Below, one piece after another: positions 38,880-52,600 of a DNA stretch of 64,000 nucleotides. The stretch comes from Camelus ferus. Its lineage: Eukaryota. Position 1 is the stretch's first letter. Every line of letters begins with the position of its first letter. The notes beneath the pieces are model-generated. The model was not told the origin of the DNA and ran no database searches. It worked only from the letters and a program-made list of their open reading frames with translations. The translations under genes and the position numbers were made by a program. The stretch is taken from positions 23,934,001 through 23,998,000 of the forward strand of contig NC_045697.1 of the NCBI RefSeq assembly GCF_009834535.1, given 5' to 3'.

Positions 38880-40064
38880 CTGCTGGCACCCTCTTCTGTG
38901 CTGCTCCCAGTGGCTGTCGGCTAGCAGATCGCGCCCCCTCCCAACACTGGTTCAGGGCTGAGCTCTTATCTGGTGGGCATGTGAGTCACTCCCCCTCCTG
39001 ATGCTGCAGTCAGATGCTGTGCTCAGGGAGGCAGGACGGCAGATCGCGCCCCCTCCCAGCACCGTGGTCAGGTGCCACGTTCCTGCCAGGAAAGAGGGTT
39101 GCCACCTGCCCTTTCCCAGCGCAGGTCACTCTGCTGCTCTGTGCAGCTGCCTGCTCCACCTCGGGTCAGTGTTCTGACGGCGGGCTCAGGGAAGACCACG
39201 GAACGGCCCCGCCTCTGCTCCATGCCAAATTTCAGCTCCTTGTTTGTCTTGGCGGCGTGAGTTCTCTGAGGTGCCAGGGCAGAAAGATCCTATCTGCCTC
39301 CAGCTGTAAACAAGTCTCAGTCCTGCCTAGGAGGTTGCGGAGCCCCTGGGTGCGGATTCATGTCTTGGCCCCACCTCCGCCCTGGAGCTGCGCACAGGAG
39401 AATATGGCGGCTGTGGCTGAGCCCCACCTCTCTTTTCGTGAGAAGCGCCAGTGATGGCGGTGCAGGTCTGAGGAGACAAAGGCTATGGCGCCCCTCCCCC
39501 CAGGGCACACCAGCCTTGTTGCTTTGCTTTTTTCACAATTTATGGGGGAACGAGGTTGTTCTGCTCTGTATCCCCTCCCAGCCACAGTGTGCAGCCCTCT
39601 ACAGTTCCCCGGGGCTGCTTCAGTGCAGCTGCCCCAGTCCTCCGCCCGACTAGGGCGGCCTGTCCTGGCCCCAGCTGCCGGCTCGAGTTTGGGGCTGGGT
39701 ATCGTGGGGACCCTTTGTGCCCGTTTAACTCGGTTCTGTCTGTCAAGGGGTGCTCGGGGCAGATCTGAGCCTCGGAGGCTCCCCCTCCATCCCTCTGGCC
39801 TCTCCGTTGGAGAGGGGAGACCCAGCGAATGAGCGCCAGTCCTCCTTTGCCACCCCCTCCCCGCGGGATCGGTACCACACTGTTTTGCTTTTTCTTCTTT
39901 TTTCCTTTTCTCCTACCAGATTTTTGGCATCTTTGTCTTTCGAAGAGGGCGATGTTCTGTCGGAGTTCGACAGGTGCTCTGTGTGGCTGAGTGGGTCTGT
40001 AGATGTGAGTTTTGGTGTATTTGTGGGAGAGGGTGAGCTACAAGCGTCCTTCTACTCCACCATC
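38880..40064 (-). promoter_or_regulatory. L1 5' UTR internal promoter / CpG-rich island
   Basis: The only GC- and CpG-rich kilobase in the window; YY1-like aagatgg at the element start; internal repeats gcagatcgcgccccctccca[a/g]cac at 38924-38947 and 39039-39062. Confidence 0.8.
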
Positions 40065-42799
40065 TTATAATTGTTCTGTCTTAAGTGTTCCCAGTACTAA
40101 TAACAAAGACTACTCCATCCAAAAAAATTAGTAATTATTATGAATAAGCAAAAGTAAAACAACATAAAAAGTCTTAAATATTTTGAGTTTTTGGCATTTA
40201 TTTCCACTTTTAACTTGGTTGAATATTTTTGCCAAACTTGGATTTAAAAAAAAAATAGACCAAGATACTACAAAGATACCTGTTTGGCACTTAGCAATTC
40301 TCTTTATCTCTGCCTCTGTGAGTATAATTTACTGTGTTTCTTGTTAATGTTGCTTTTTAGTAATTAAAGAAATTTGAACCAATGCTCAGAAACCCAAAAG
40401 GAAGAAAATGAATGGCTGCACATTAGTTTAAGCATGGATTTGAGGATGTAATTTATTATGAACTAATGAATTAATTCATGAGAATCTGGATGTGGTTATG
40501 GGATTAAGGTTCTTTGCTCTGTAATCTTTGTTCTGAAAATGTATAGTTTAGAGGTTTTAGCCAGCTGGTGACTAAGACCATCAAATGTAAGCCAGGTTGG
40601 TTTCTTTTTTTTCACTCACACAGTCACCTCAAAGCCAAACATGAGGACTACCTTCTGTCAAAATCAATATGCTTTTGAGGACAAATATATTTCATAGAAA
40701 AATGTTAAGCTTATTCCAGACAACCTTCCTGTTTTCTTTTCAGGTTAAGCCTTTTTTAAAATTAAGTAAGCAATAATGTAAGTATGAATGTATGATTACA
40801 GAATAAGATCCTGAGAAATACTACATAATGAAAATGTGATGCAAAATCTCAATTTTTCGGAAACTAGTAACTACCTATATACACAAGCACTCCAGAATAT
40901 AGTTTGAGACTGCCTCTACTGAAGCCCTTCTTTCAAAGATGTTGAAAAGATAAACAATTTCTTTCACCAAAGATATTGATTAGGATCAGAAATGCTCAAA
41001 ATCTTGAAGACATTTAAACTTTAAAGTGTTGTCTCTAAGGTCTTGCATAATTTTAAGACAAAAAGAGTAAAGCAGTTAAGGGGAGACTGAGACATTTGAT
41101 AAGATAAAATGTGTTTCTTACACAGAGTCTAGATTAGCAGATGGCTTGAGTTTCTGCTTCCACTCCCAGAGACTGATACCCATAATCATTGCTGGGGAAA
41201 CGTGCCATTGGCCAGCAACTCCCAGAGACAGCAGATAGGAGATAAAGAAGTTCCATCTCTTGTGTTCTTAAAAGCCTTAAGTGGGTTGTTTCCATCCTGA
41301 AATCTAGCGTGAAGAAGATAGCCTTGCAGTTGACATTGTTAAATATGAAAAACCCAAAAGCAATAATGTAAATAAATCTAAGCAATCAATCACAGAGAGA
41401 CTCAAATGTAAAGTTCAAATCTTTTATCTTCTTAAGACCCCTGTAACAATGCCCAAGAATTAACAGGTAAAGTAGCCTCTCTTCTTACTTTTACAGAAAG
41501 TAAGCTATATTTTTTTAGTGACCACCCCCCATGCCGATTTTGTTAGCGTGAACTATTTATTTGTATATGTGTTCCATTTACTCAAGAAGCCAGAGAGTTC
41601 CTGGAGAATTGGCACCAGTTCTATATCCTTCTCACAGTCCTTTGCACATGGAAATTATTAAATAAACATTTTCTGACTAATGAATAAACAATGGAGCAGC
41701 ACATTAACTAAGGGCAGCTAAGCTACAAAATTACTAACTGTCATTAAGCTGATAATAGGACATGATTAGGAAAAACACAATAGATTTGTTTTAGTGAACA
41801 GAAGGTTTGGCAAGTGGCAGCTTGGGGGCATTTCAGCTGTAGAAGTTTGAGCTGGTGAAAGGCAGAATGAGGGCTTGCATTGCCTGGGGAGGCTATTGAG
41901 GAAGTGATTGTTGGGAAGAAGAGCAGGGGAAAGGGAAAGCAGTGAATGACTTCACTTATTTTATTGTTTTTCTCAGACTTGGCTCTGAAAATGGATTTCA
42001 AAGATAGCAAAATGCCCTGATTTATATAACTATAATTATAATAATGACAATAAAAATAATAAGTGGTATTTACTGTTTATTAAATAGTGAGCATACTTGC
42101 CTGAGAACATACAAGATAGAATTTTCTTTTTGCTTTTTACCGTTATCTTATGAGTTTCTTCTCCTCTGATATGGTACATGTCCAGTCTTATATGATAGTC
42201 AATAGGGCTTGGTGTTAAAGAGTGTGGACTCTGAATTTAGAATGCCTGCACTTCACTGTTACTAACCGAATGACAGGACCAACACACAGCATAAGGCTTT
42301 ATAATTGAGGTTATATATGTAGAACATACTAAGGACTAAAGCTGGAGCCAGAAAGTTGAACCAGCTTGCCCAAAGGCACTCAGATGAGTGGAAGAAGGCT
42401 GGATGCTCACCCAAAATGTTAAGCAAGACTAAAGAAAAAACATATGTTGGATAGGCAACCAAGAGTGTACAGTACATTCTGTCTCTGACTTCTCAGTGAG
42501 GCAGGATACTAATCCTAACAGAATTAATCACTCACTTAACCAAGAGAAATCCCTTACCCTCAGGCTCTCCACCCTAGTTTACCACAAGGTAAAGCAGAGT
42601 GGGAGAAGTGATAGGATATTGGGAGAAAGAAAATCCGTTACCAGCAGGTGTTAAGGCTAGAATTTAAATGCAATTATTACAGCATTTATTAAGCAATAAT
42701 AGGTATCAAAATGTGAGAAATCAGACGGAAGTTAATGAAGTAATGCCCGGGTTCACATTAAAACTAAGAAATTTAGACACATTTGCAAAGCAGCAAGAT

Positions 42800-43010
42800 A
42801 TACAAGTTGAAAGCACAGGCTTAGGAAACAACTACCTGAGATTCAGATACTGCATCTTCCTGTGATTAATTATACCACTTCTCTCTACCTGCATGTTTTC
42901 CTCTGTAAAACAAGGATACTATTAACATACACTGCATATGGTGGTTGGGAAGAGTAAATGTGACAATCCAAATTAAAATGCCTGGCCCCAAATAAATGAC
43001 CAATTAAATA
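42800..43010 (+). mobile_element. MIR
   Basis: 'cttctctctacctgcatgttttcctctgtaaaacaaggatactattaac...ggttgggaagagtaaatg'. Confidence 0.65.
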
Positions 43011-44319
43011 TGTTTTGTAATATCATATGAAATAATTTCTTCTTGACCTGGCCTTGGAAATTCATCTAATTAGAAATGCATATTTGTGTCTATTTCTCCA
43101 TAATATCAGAAATATAAAATTATAGATCCAATTATAACAATTAAGAAACTTATGTTGTAATGAACAAAGTGCCATTTATTTCAGCTGTGAAATTTTATGA
43201 ATGCTAAAGAAGGCAACATGACATTATTTGTCTAGTACAGGTATTTAATTTTTATATAAATCTATGTCTCTCAGATAATATTTGGGTATTAAAATAGATA
43301 CATAAAATTATGTTCTACCATATTACAGCATTAAGCAAACCCTGTTGTACTTGTTAATTAAAGCCTTGAAAATGTTAACACCAGACAGTTTAAATGTCAG
43401 CAAACTATGAACATAACTAATTAAAATTTAAGAGCAATATTTACATGATGGTTTTCATAGGAAATATGTTTATATTTAACTTATGAGGAGGAATGATCAT
43501 TCAACTAGAATGCCATGGTGTGGCCTTAACAATTGTTTACGGCTTCTGTCCTGAATGGTTGGTGTATTTAGGTGCCTTGATTATGTGTTCTGAATTCAAA
43601 CACGATACACAAAACCCTGGATTAATTTTATAAAAAAAAAATCTGACACAAGTGTTAATGTAACAGTGTGACCAATTTTCCTTTTTAATTTCATTTTCTA
43701 ATAGTAAATTCTTTCCTTAAACATGCACTCATTGAGGACAGTTACACACACATATGGAACATGCATTTTGCTAAAGTGTGATACGATAATATTGAATGGT
43801 ACTGAAAGTCTATTTTGTTTCCACATCTAAATTTTCTTTGACAATGTTGGAAGTATATAACCTTTGATTTCAATTAAAAGCTGAAAATTCTTATTTTATA
43901 CTAGATTTTATTAGTTTTTAAATGATGTAATATGGTAACAAATACAGAAATATTTTGAAAGACAGCACTGCTTAAAATCATGCTGAGTATTATGCATATT
44001 TTATCCCTTTGACAAGTGGAACCAAATAATCTCCATTACTTTCTTACTTGTTGTCAATGTGCAAAAAAATTGGACTCTTTAGTTTTTGTTTTATACATAT
44101 GTTTGAATATAATGGAATTTATACTTGTCAAACATTTAATGCCAGTATACTAGCATAACAAGACTTCTTATATATTTTCTCATGTATTTTTAAACCAAAT
44201 TCATTATCATTTTTTGCATATTATTTTTTCTATGAACATTACATTTAAACATGAAATAAGAAATAAAAAAGATATCTTGATTCATCAATAATAATAGAAG
44301 TGAAATTCTAATAAGAATG

Positions 44320-44490
44320 AAGCTGATAATTTTGGGGGATACTTAATGTGTCTCAGACCTCATCTTAAGCATATAACATTTAAGCCACACATAGTCTTAA
44401 ATTACAGATAATCTATCTGCTTCTCATTTACAGTGGAAGACACTCTTGCTAAGAAAGGACACAGAGCCTGGGGTCACCCTGTTAATCACA
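44320..44490 (-). mobile_element. MIR fragment
   Basis: 'ctcatttacagtggaagacact', 'agcctggggtcaccctgttaat'. Confidence 0.45.
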
Positions 44491-46679
44491 TAATACAAAA
44501 GGTGGACATTTATTTAGTATTAAATTGAGTATGACATGCTTATCTTGATGTTGGGGGCTTCCTTATCTAATCCAAAATAAATATATGCATGTTTGGCTAA
44601 GTCTGATGGAGAACTATATAATTTCTACTGAACAGAACTATATTATTTCTAGTCTCTTATATATCTATAAAAATACAAATGTATTTAGAGAGACAGCAAG
44701 GTCAATTTTAACCTGATGTATTCATAAAATTGAAATTGCCCAGCAGAACAAGTTGAAAATGCAATGTACAACATTTCATATGAGACACTGAATTTAATTT
44801 ATAAGTGAATTTTTAGTATAGACCTTTTAAAATGTGAACAAATTTTAAGAAACCAAAATTTGATCCCTAAAACTAGTGTACAGAAGTGAAGTTCCATAAA
44901 ACTCCCTTAGACAACCATTGCTTACATTACTTACGTATCCACCTAGGGATTTCTCCTATCTGAATCAATCCCTCTTAGCAAAATATTTTTAAAGTATCCC
45001 CAAAGCTTTTATAAGTTTATTGTAACTGCATTTTTTCACTATTTCTGTAATCTGCCTTCCTCCCAGGAGAAGTGAAGAACCTGATGGATGTAATACCTCC
45101 AGAAATACTCTTTTTTATTATTTATCGTAAGTATTAATTATTTGTGGAAATCATGCACGGAAACCAATAAATGGTCATCAGCCATCAAAATGCAATTCAA
45201 CCTGACATAGGAAAAAATAGCCATTGTTTCAAATAGTAAAATGATGGGAAAGGCAGGGCTCAGCACAAAAATAGCAGCAGTACTTAGATGTCTCAGTACC
45301 ATGTTCCCTTCCAACTTTTTCTACACAGTTGGAAGTAAGACCACTTATATAACTAGGCATGCATCTGCCATCAGAGGATAGCATGTTAGGAATCATAGTG
45401 GAGGGTGCCAGTTGGCCTAGTGTGGATCAGAGGCCCATTCTGGAAGTCACTGATGGTCTGGCTATTCAGTGAGCTGGGGTGTGTATTTAACTCATCTTCA
45501 GTAGATCCTAGCCATTAAATCACTGAATCCAAACAGCCTGAACATGGGAGATGACAAATTCCATTAGATCACAGTAGTAAATGAGAGCTAGGCACATTTT
45601 GTAGTAGACACAGAGTGCTGGGGAGGAGGAACAGCATAAATGTGTCCTTTACCACCTAAAATTGAAACTAGGTACTTATGGGTAATGTCTTTTCCATTAG
45701 ACTGTGAATTCTGATTCTTGGCTTAAGAATGATGTCTTTGAAACGTCAACATCTACTATAGAACCTGGCACATATGTGTGCTCAATAAATAGAACCACAT
45801 TTAATACAGGGTTAAGATTATATAAACTGTTTCTTCAGTAATGGTTTAAATTCTATTGGTTAAAGTAGTTATATTGTGCTATTTATTTCTTAGCTCTGGA
45901 TAAAGCAAATCATTTGATTTATGTTTACACTTCAAAATTTCCTTTGTTATATCAATCATCCTAATGCAACTTAGTCTTCTTTCTTTTTCAGAATATGAAT
46001 CAGTAATGAATTTACATTTTAGTTTAATTCAGTAAACGTGTAATCTTCTTCTGGTCTTTGAGATTTGTCTTTTTATTTTTTTAATAATATTAAAATAACA
46101 AGAATCATCCTTCATACAAGCTCCTTTTCTCAGCCTATAACCATTCAGTAGACTTTGTTAAAAGGAATACCTTCCAAAAGAGGTTTTGGTTCCAAAAATA
46201 TTTTCAGGCACATTAAAAGATGATGATTCTTAGCAATAGGGAGCTATCACCAACACATATTGTTAACATTTAATAATAATTAATTAAATGTGCGCTAGAG
46301 CAGGTTATATTATGAAGTGATTAAAAACTTCCACCAAGGAGTAGTTTTTTGCCTTGTTAGTTTCTTTTTTCTAATCCCTGAAGAAAGGATTAGGATTATG
46401 TTTCTAAATATTTTTGTATTGCAGCATTCTCTTCTAAGGCTTGAATAGTTTTAAAAGCTACAGATTTATTTTGCATTTACATCCTTCTAATTTTATTGCT
46501 TATATCAAATGATACGTAGAACAAGTATAGATTCTATCATGTTTTGTAGACCTTTGATGTTCTCTGCTTGCTCTTACCTTTATTTTCTATAATTGACTTC
46601 TCATATATAATTCATTACTAAAATTATTTATGAAGAAATGTCATCAGATATTTTCATTAGGTATTATGTTAGACTGTGG

Positions 46680-46790
46680 CTAACTTGCCTGTAGGTATTT
46701 ATTAACCCTCTCCTCACTTTAAAGATGTGGAAACAAAGGGAACAGAGATATGAATTACTTTACTCAAGGTCACACGATGAGTAAAACATC
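46680..46790 (-). mobile_element. MIR fragment
   Basis: 'ctcactttaaagatgtggaaacaaagggaacagagatatgaattactttactcaaggtcacac'. Confidence 0.65.
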
Positions 46791-49700
46791 AAAGCAGTAC
46801 CTAGAATTTGTCCATTTCATTAAATATAACGTGGTAGAAAGCTATCATAATTATAAGAATCCATTATACAAGACACTTCTCTGGACTCTAAAGAAGTAGA
46901 AATGAATGTTATCTAAGGCATGCGGGTCATTTTGTCTGAAAAACAGAGACAATCTAGGGTATGGAAAGGTCCCCAAAAGGTTCTTACATACATCCTGTGT
47001 TACCAATGTAAATTCTGTGAATTTCCTTTCACTTTATACATTTTTTCTGTTAAACATTAAAAAACAATGTTTTATTTTCAATATGCTGATTTATATTATT
47101 TTGAGGAAAAGACATAGCTTTTCATTGCTTGGAATATTTATTTTAGTTCTTCTCATTTACTACCTTGAAAATTTAAATGAAGTGTATTTAGCCAAGTCAT
47201 TTTAATTTTCACTTTTGAGTCCTTCTGTCTGTTTTAATGTATTTTTTTCTACATGTAAAAAATAAGAGGAAAGCCTAAGATTAGAAACCATGAAATAAAT
47301 TATTTACTTTTTTAATTTATTTATACATTTATTTAATTTGGAAAATACTCCTTGGGAACAGTGGCAGAAAAATACCTTTTTATTTGAGACTGGGATTTTT
47401 TGGTGGCAGTGCTGGTCTAGTCATAGCTTGTGAAGCAAAATTTCTGGACAGGACTAGCCCTCCACATGCTATTACAGACAGCAAAATTATCCTTCCCCTG
47501 GCACATTTGCAAGAGGCAGCTCTTAGAAAGTAAACTCTCTCTGCAGGCTATTGAAATGCACACTGATCTCATGAAAAGAACAGTGCAGCTGGTACCATGG
47601 GAGGAAGACAGTCAGATCCTTTTTGATGGAAAAATGAAGTCAGACCAAGCTTGCCTCCTTTCTTTTACAAAATGTAATTATGTAAACCACAAAGCTCCAT
47701 TATAGACAATGTTTATAATTAGTACTATTTTCCCTTTAATTTTAAATAAAGCATGCTAGTTGTGAATGTCATGCCAACATATTTTCTACAGATGCTATAA
47801 ACAATGAACAATCAGAAATCCATTTGGGTTGTTTTTGTAGTTATTATTTCAAATTGTGAAAACTCATAATAAAAATCAATGTAATGAACAAACACCATTA
47901 TATGTTGATAAACATCATACTCTTTCAATTTCAGACAAAGCCAATGAATATTAATCAGATCTTTGACTCTAAAATGATGACATCAAATGGGATTTCCAGT
48001 ACCTATTAGGTTCCCTCATAGTTCAGTTCTAAAAAGGCCACTGAAATGATTTATTGTATTCGTATCTCAAAAGTTTTCAGAATTGCATTAACATATTTAT
48101 CATATGCAAAGGCAAATAAAATATTAGCTTGATAGTGAAATGGCCTGATTTCAAGACCTTGCTTGCCCTCAGGCAAACATTTTAATCTTTGGTGGTCTCA
48201 TTACATGAGGTTCTAAGTTTTACCTTACTTTTTGAATATACATAAGCTGTGAATTATGGAAACTGATGATATAAGTTGTCAGGAAAAGATGTAAATTACA
48301 GAGTAAGTAATTACAAGTAAGTGTAGATTTACTTTCAGATTCTAAACAATAGCAAATGTCGGTTTGATTTTAGAAGCATCTGCTGAGTTTAGATAGCAGC
48401 GTATCTCAGTTATCTAGGTTTGGTTTTATTATTTATTGTATAACCATGAACTAAGAATTCAGTCTTTACTCTTTGGTTTCCTCATGTGAAATAATAGGCA
48501 CTGTGTAGTCTCAACAATGGCTTTATGCTACACCATTCCATCCTCTGTGCATCGGTATAGACATAGGCAACCTTACAAAGTTTGGCCATGGCTACGTCTA
48601 CATTAGAATTTCAACTCCTCAACTCCATACTTACAGATTTAATGTTACTTGTTGTGCCATTAATAACAGGGTTTATATACAGAATTATGAGAAATGACTG
48701 TAAAAATACAATAGAGATGTGGTTACAATGTTAGACAAGTTTGAGGGTTAAAAAAATTAATGTAAACTCTTTAACTCATGTCTAAATCCTCCTTCATGTA
48801 AACCACTGTAATTATTCAAATACTGGTTTATTTGGTTGTACTTAGACAATTGAACACTACCAAATCAAAGCCTCTTATTTAAAAATGGACTAGAATTTCA
48901 CATGTACTTAATGTCTAAGAATATATCTGTATGTATAGATAAAGCCAGATTTTATATAATCCATATGGTTGTGACTCTATAAGAAGTTTACCCCTAATTC
49001 TCTTATTTCCTTCAGTTCCTGTCTGTCTGACTTTTGGTTATTTCACTACTTCATAACATTTTTACTAGCAACTAAGCAGGGACAGGTGAAAAAGGTGAAA
49101 ATTAAATCAGTCAATGTTGTTTCTTGTGTTAGCATAACTGATAAGGAAGGGCTTGAAAATAGTGTCCAAAATGAAGTCTGTAAATATTTATGAATAGCCA
49201 CTATATCAAATTACCCATGTCTCCCTTAACTGTAGAGAATCAAAAGCTAACAAATTTACGACTGGACTTCAATACATTTACTTGGATGAAAGAAGTATAA
49301 CACTATGCAGGTAGTTTTCAGCTGCCACGACATCAAAAATATTATGTGAATTATAACTTCTACATAGCAGACTTATACTGTATACTGTAGTATTCCATGT
49401 GCTTTACATTGACAGTTTTAATTCATCTTAATTCTTCCATAGTATGTTCAATATCCTCCATTTTCTTTAACTCCATGGTGTTTTTTAATCTTTTGTTTAA
49501 TAGAAATGAATGTGCGCACAATGGGTTAAATCAGAGGAGGCTGCTCCCTGCTGAGAATAACTGTGCACTGTCCTGCAAGCAGTAGTGACACACCAGCTAG
49601 GAAGCTATAGAGGGTGATCCAGAGGAGAAAGACATCGTGCTTTCTTCTCTGCAGTACTTCCCTCATTCTGCCCACCTTATGACTTGCTTTTCTTTCACCA

Positions 49701-49820
49701 AAATAGCCACGTGCAAATTGATTCTTAGAAACCTTATGAACCTCTTTTATTTAGAAAAACCACAGAAAAGGCTAACTCCTTATTTGGAATCAGGATGACA
49801 GCCTTATTCCACCCCAGAGC

Positions 49821-50480
49821 CAAGGGCTAGCTACATAATTTGCAGGGCCAGAGTAAAAGGGAAAATGTTGCAAAAATCCAATGCACTGTGGATGGATGAT
49901 TCCCCAGGATCTCAATCTTCATCCCCAGATACAGTTATCAGGATCAGGAATGAAAGAAGGGCTCCTGCAGAGACACCTGCCAGATATGCTGTGCTGTGGT
50001 GCTGTCATCTCAAGGGAGAAGAGGTTGTGTTGCCCCACCCTAGGAGCCCATGAGGCATGCATCTGACCTGACAGTCCCTGCACCCACACTCCCAGCAGGG
50101 ACAAAATGTGATGGTAGAATACAGGACTCCCTGCTCCAGTGATGCAACCCAGTTGCAGCTCTAGGCAGAGGGCAGCTACAGATACAAACCAGGTGTTGGG
50201 AGAAGGAGTCTGAGTGGGGACCAAGGTGTCAGAAGGTCAGAAATGGACAGAGAAGTACCCTCCCTGGGGAGGTTGAGGACAGTAGAAAGCAGGGTTACAT
50301 GAGCCAAGATTCCAAGCTCCCAGTGCAGGCTCCATTGTCCCATCAAACTGCACTTACAAAACACACATTGGAAGAGAAAGTTATTGAGACTTTCAACATA
50401 ATGAAAGCAGAACATTAAATCCCAAGACCCTTCTGAATGTGGGGACCTGTGTGACTACACATGTTAAATCTGTCTATGAC
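49821..50480 (-). mobile_element. hAT-Tip100 element (MER45B/C-like)
   Basis: Ends 'agggctagctacataatttgcagggccagagtaaaa' and 'cccttctgaatgtggggacctgtgtgactacacatgtt' resemble MER45 termini; GC-richer interior. Confidence 0.7.
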
Positions 50481-52464
50481 CACTGAGATGAAGGAAGTTA
50501 CATAATTAACCCAAGAACACATACATGATAAAATCAGAATCAGAATCTGTGTTCTTGGCTTTCAAACTCATATTTTTCTACTCTGTTACCCTGATTATCT
50601 GAAAACTTAATGTGGTGTTTATTCCACCAATATTCTCCGTTATCATAAGATATTTGTTTAATGTATGCTTTCTGCCAGAAGGGGCATGACTAGAAACAGT
50701 TTATTTCCCTTAGTAGAGAGTATCAGTGAGAACTCTTTTGATTCCATCAACACCTTGCATTAGGTTAAGAAAATCATAAGAAACTTGCTACAGAGACAAA
50801 GGATGCATATCTCAGAATATATAGGGGCCTCGAAAATGGACTGAAGCTGGGCATAGGGATCCAGTGCATTTTCCCTCCTACTCTGCTCCTTACAGCATGT
50901 CTGCTTTATGAGCATTTCTAAACGAGTCTTTCTGTTGCTGCTTTTCTCAAGTTACAGATGGAATTTGTTCAGTATACACTGAGTTTTTATATCATTGGTC
51001 CTATTACCCAAAAGAGAATGCCCAATACTTTTATTCTTAATTCTAAATCCCCGAGAAAGGGACTGATTGACGTATTCTTTGTCATAATCACCCCACCCCT
51101 ACCCTTGAAGAGCAGCTGCTCAGGAATATTAATATAGCAAGGAAAGGACTTTTATGGAGCTGCCCAATAACCATATATATGAACAGAACAGTTCCTAGAA
51201 ATGAGAGACCCACAGGCAACTTGTAGGTTTCACCATGGATGGCATGGCTCCGTGGCGTAAGATCTTGTTAGATTTATTATGAAATTTTGTGGTGGCATCA
51301 CTCATTCCTCAAATCCAACTAGGTGTCAAATAGATTTTTGAAATATCACAGTAAATTTGTTCTATTTCTCAACTTTATACATGAGTCTGGATGACTTTAA
51401 CTAAGCTCCACATCAGTCCCTATTTATACAAAAAGCAAAACTGTCATTTTTTTATTTACAGTGTATTTGTGACCTGACAGGCCTCCCATTCCTCTTGATG
51501 ATACACTTTATTGAAAGAGTAAAAATGCTGGAAGGTGAAATACAATGCAGACCATCCCATAGCTGTCAATGAATGTCATTTTAGTTCCTGCTGGGATTTC
51601 TAGTTTGTCAGAAATTGCCAGAAGTCAAGAGAACTATTTAAACTATGTATATATCCTACACACCAACTGGGGCCACTGGGTACCTAAGAAACCTCTTAAG
51701 AGCAGTGTCAGATGTTCATGCTAAACAGTACCTACTGCCAGAAAGTTAACGCTGTCCAAGGAGAGCTACCTTAAGGGAATTATGCTCCTGAGGTTTACAG
51801 GAGAAACACAGCCTGTGTGAACCTGAATTTCATCTGCTTGTATAAAATTGCAGATTGCATACTTCTCTACTGTGTGTCCTCAGCCTTTGCAGTAGAATCT
51901 GGGGGCTTTGTGATGGAAGTTTGAAACATAGTGCTGATGCTTTTGACAGAAATGATGTGTCTTCAAAGTTTTATGTCATGCTTTTACATTTTGTAGCTTT
52001 AGTGACGTTCTACATCATATTACCGTCTCCGTCTATAAATTTTCCTGAAAGTCAAAGCTTTCATTACTTTGGTGCAATATTCACATACATGATCTTGATT
52101 TGGGGGAATACTTTCTTTCTTTATAAAATGATTTGAATCATCGTAAGTTCCTATTGATTTATTCATAATCTTTGATTAACTAAGTTATCACGTACCTTTG
52201 GAGACGAGACAAAGTCTATCAGGCCAATAGAATGAGGCTTACGAAAAGTGATTAGTGTTACTAAATCATTCTGAGGAAATACCCAGAATCTGGATGGAAT
52301 TTTCATAGATACCACTCTCTTGTCTCCACTTTACAACAGGTAAGAAATATTTTTTTAATGTACAAATTGTTAAAAGTCTGCATTGGTTAATTGAAGGCAA
52401 GCCACTCGCAAAGATACATTGATAAAAAGACCAAAAATAAAACAACCTATGACTTTTTTGGGGG

Positions 52465-52600
52465 ATAAACTTGGGTTCCAGTTCCAGTTCTTAAACTTCC
52501 TAATTCTTTGCTGTTGAGAAAGTTTCTTGCTCTCTTTATTTTTCCATCAGTAAAGTGGGGGAAGACTGATTACATCTGCCCTGTGTAAAAATCAAATAAG
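52465..52600 (+). mobile_element. MIR fragment
   Basis: 'acttgggttccagttccagttct...tttttccatcagtaaagtggggaag'. Confidence 0.55.

Larger units (their letters stand above)
37013..40064 (-). mobile_element. LINE-1 with complete 5' UTR, ORF1, 3' UTR and poly(A) but nearly all of ORF2 deleted
   Basis: GC-rich 5' UTR starting (aa)gatggtggagtag; ORF1 38742-37848; junction ~37706 into the ORF2 C-terminus; poly(T) on + strand 37011-37042; TSD ttataattgt[g/t]ctgtctt at 36995-37012 and 40065-40082. Confidence 0.95.

Noticed and set aside
39014..40070. Many overlapping 60-146 aa ORFs, including antisense ones reminiscent of primate ORF0
   Set aside because: They lie in the GC-rich L1 5' UTR where stop codons are rare, and they show no recognisable domain or strong start context.
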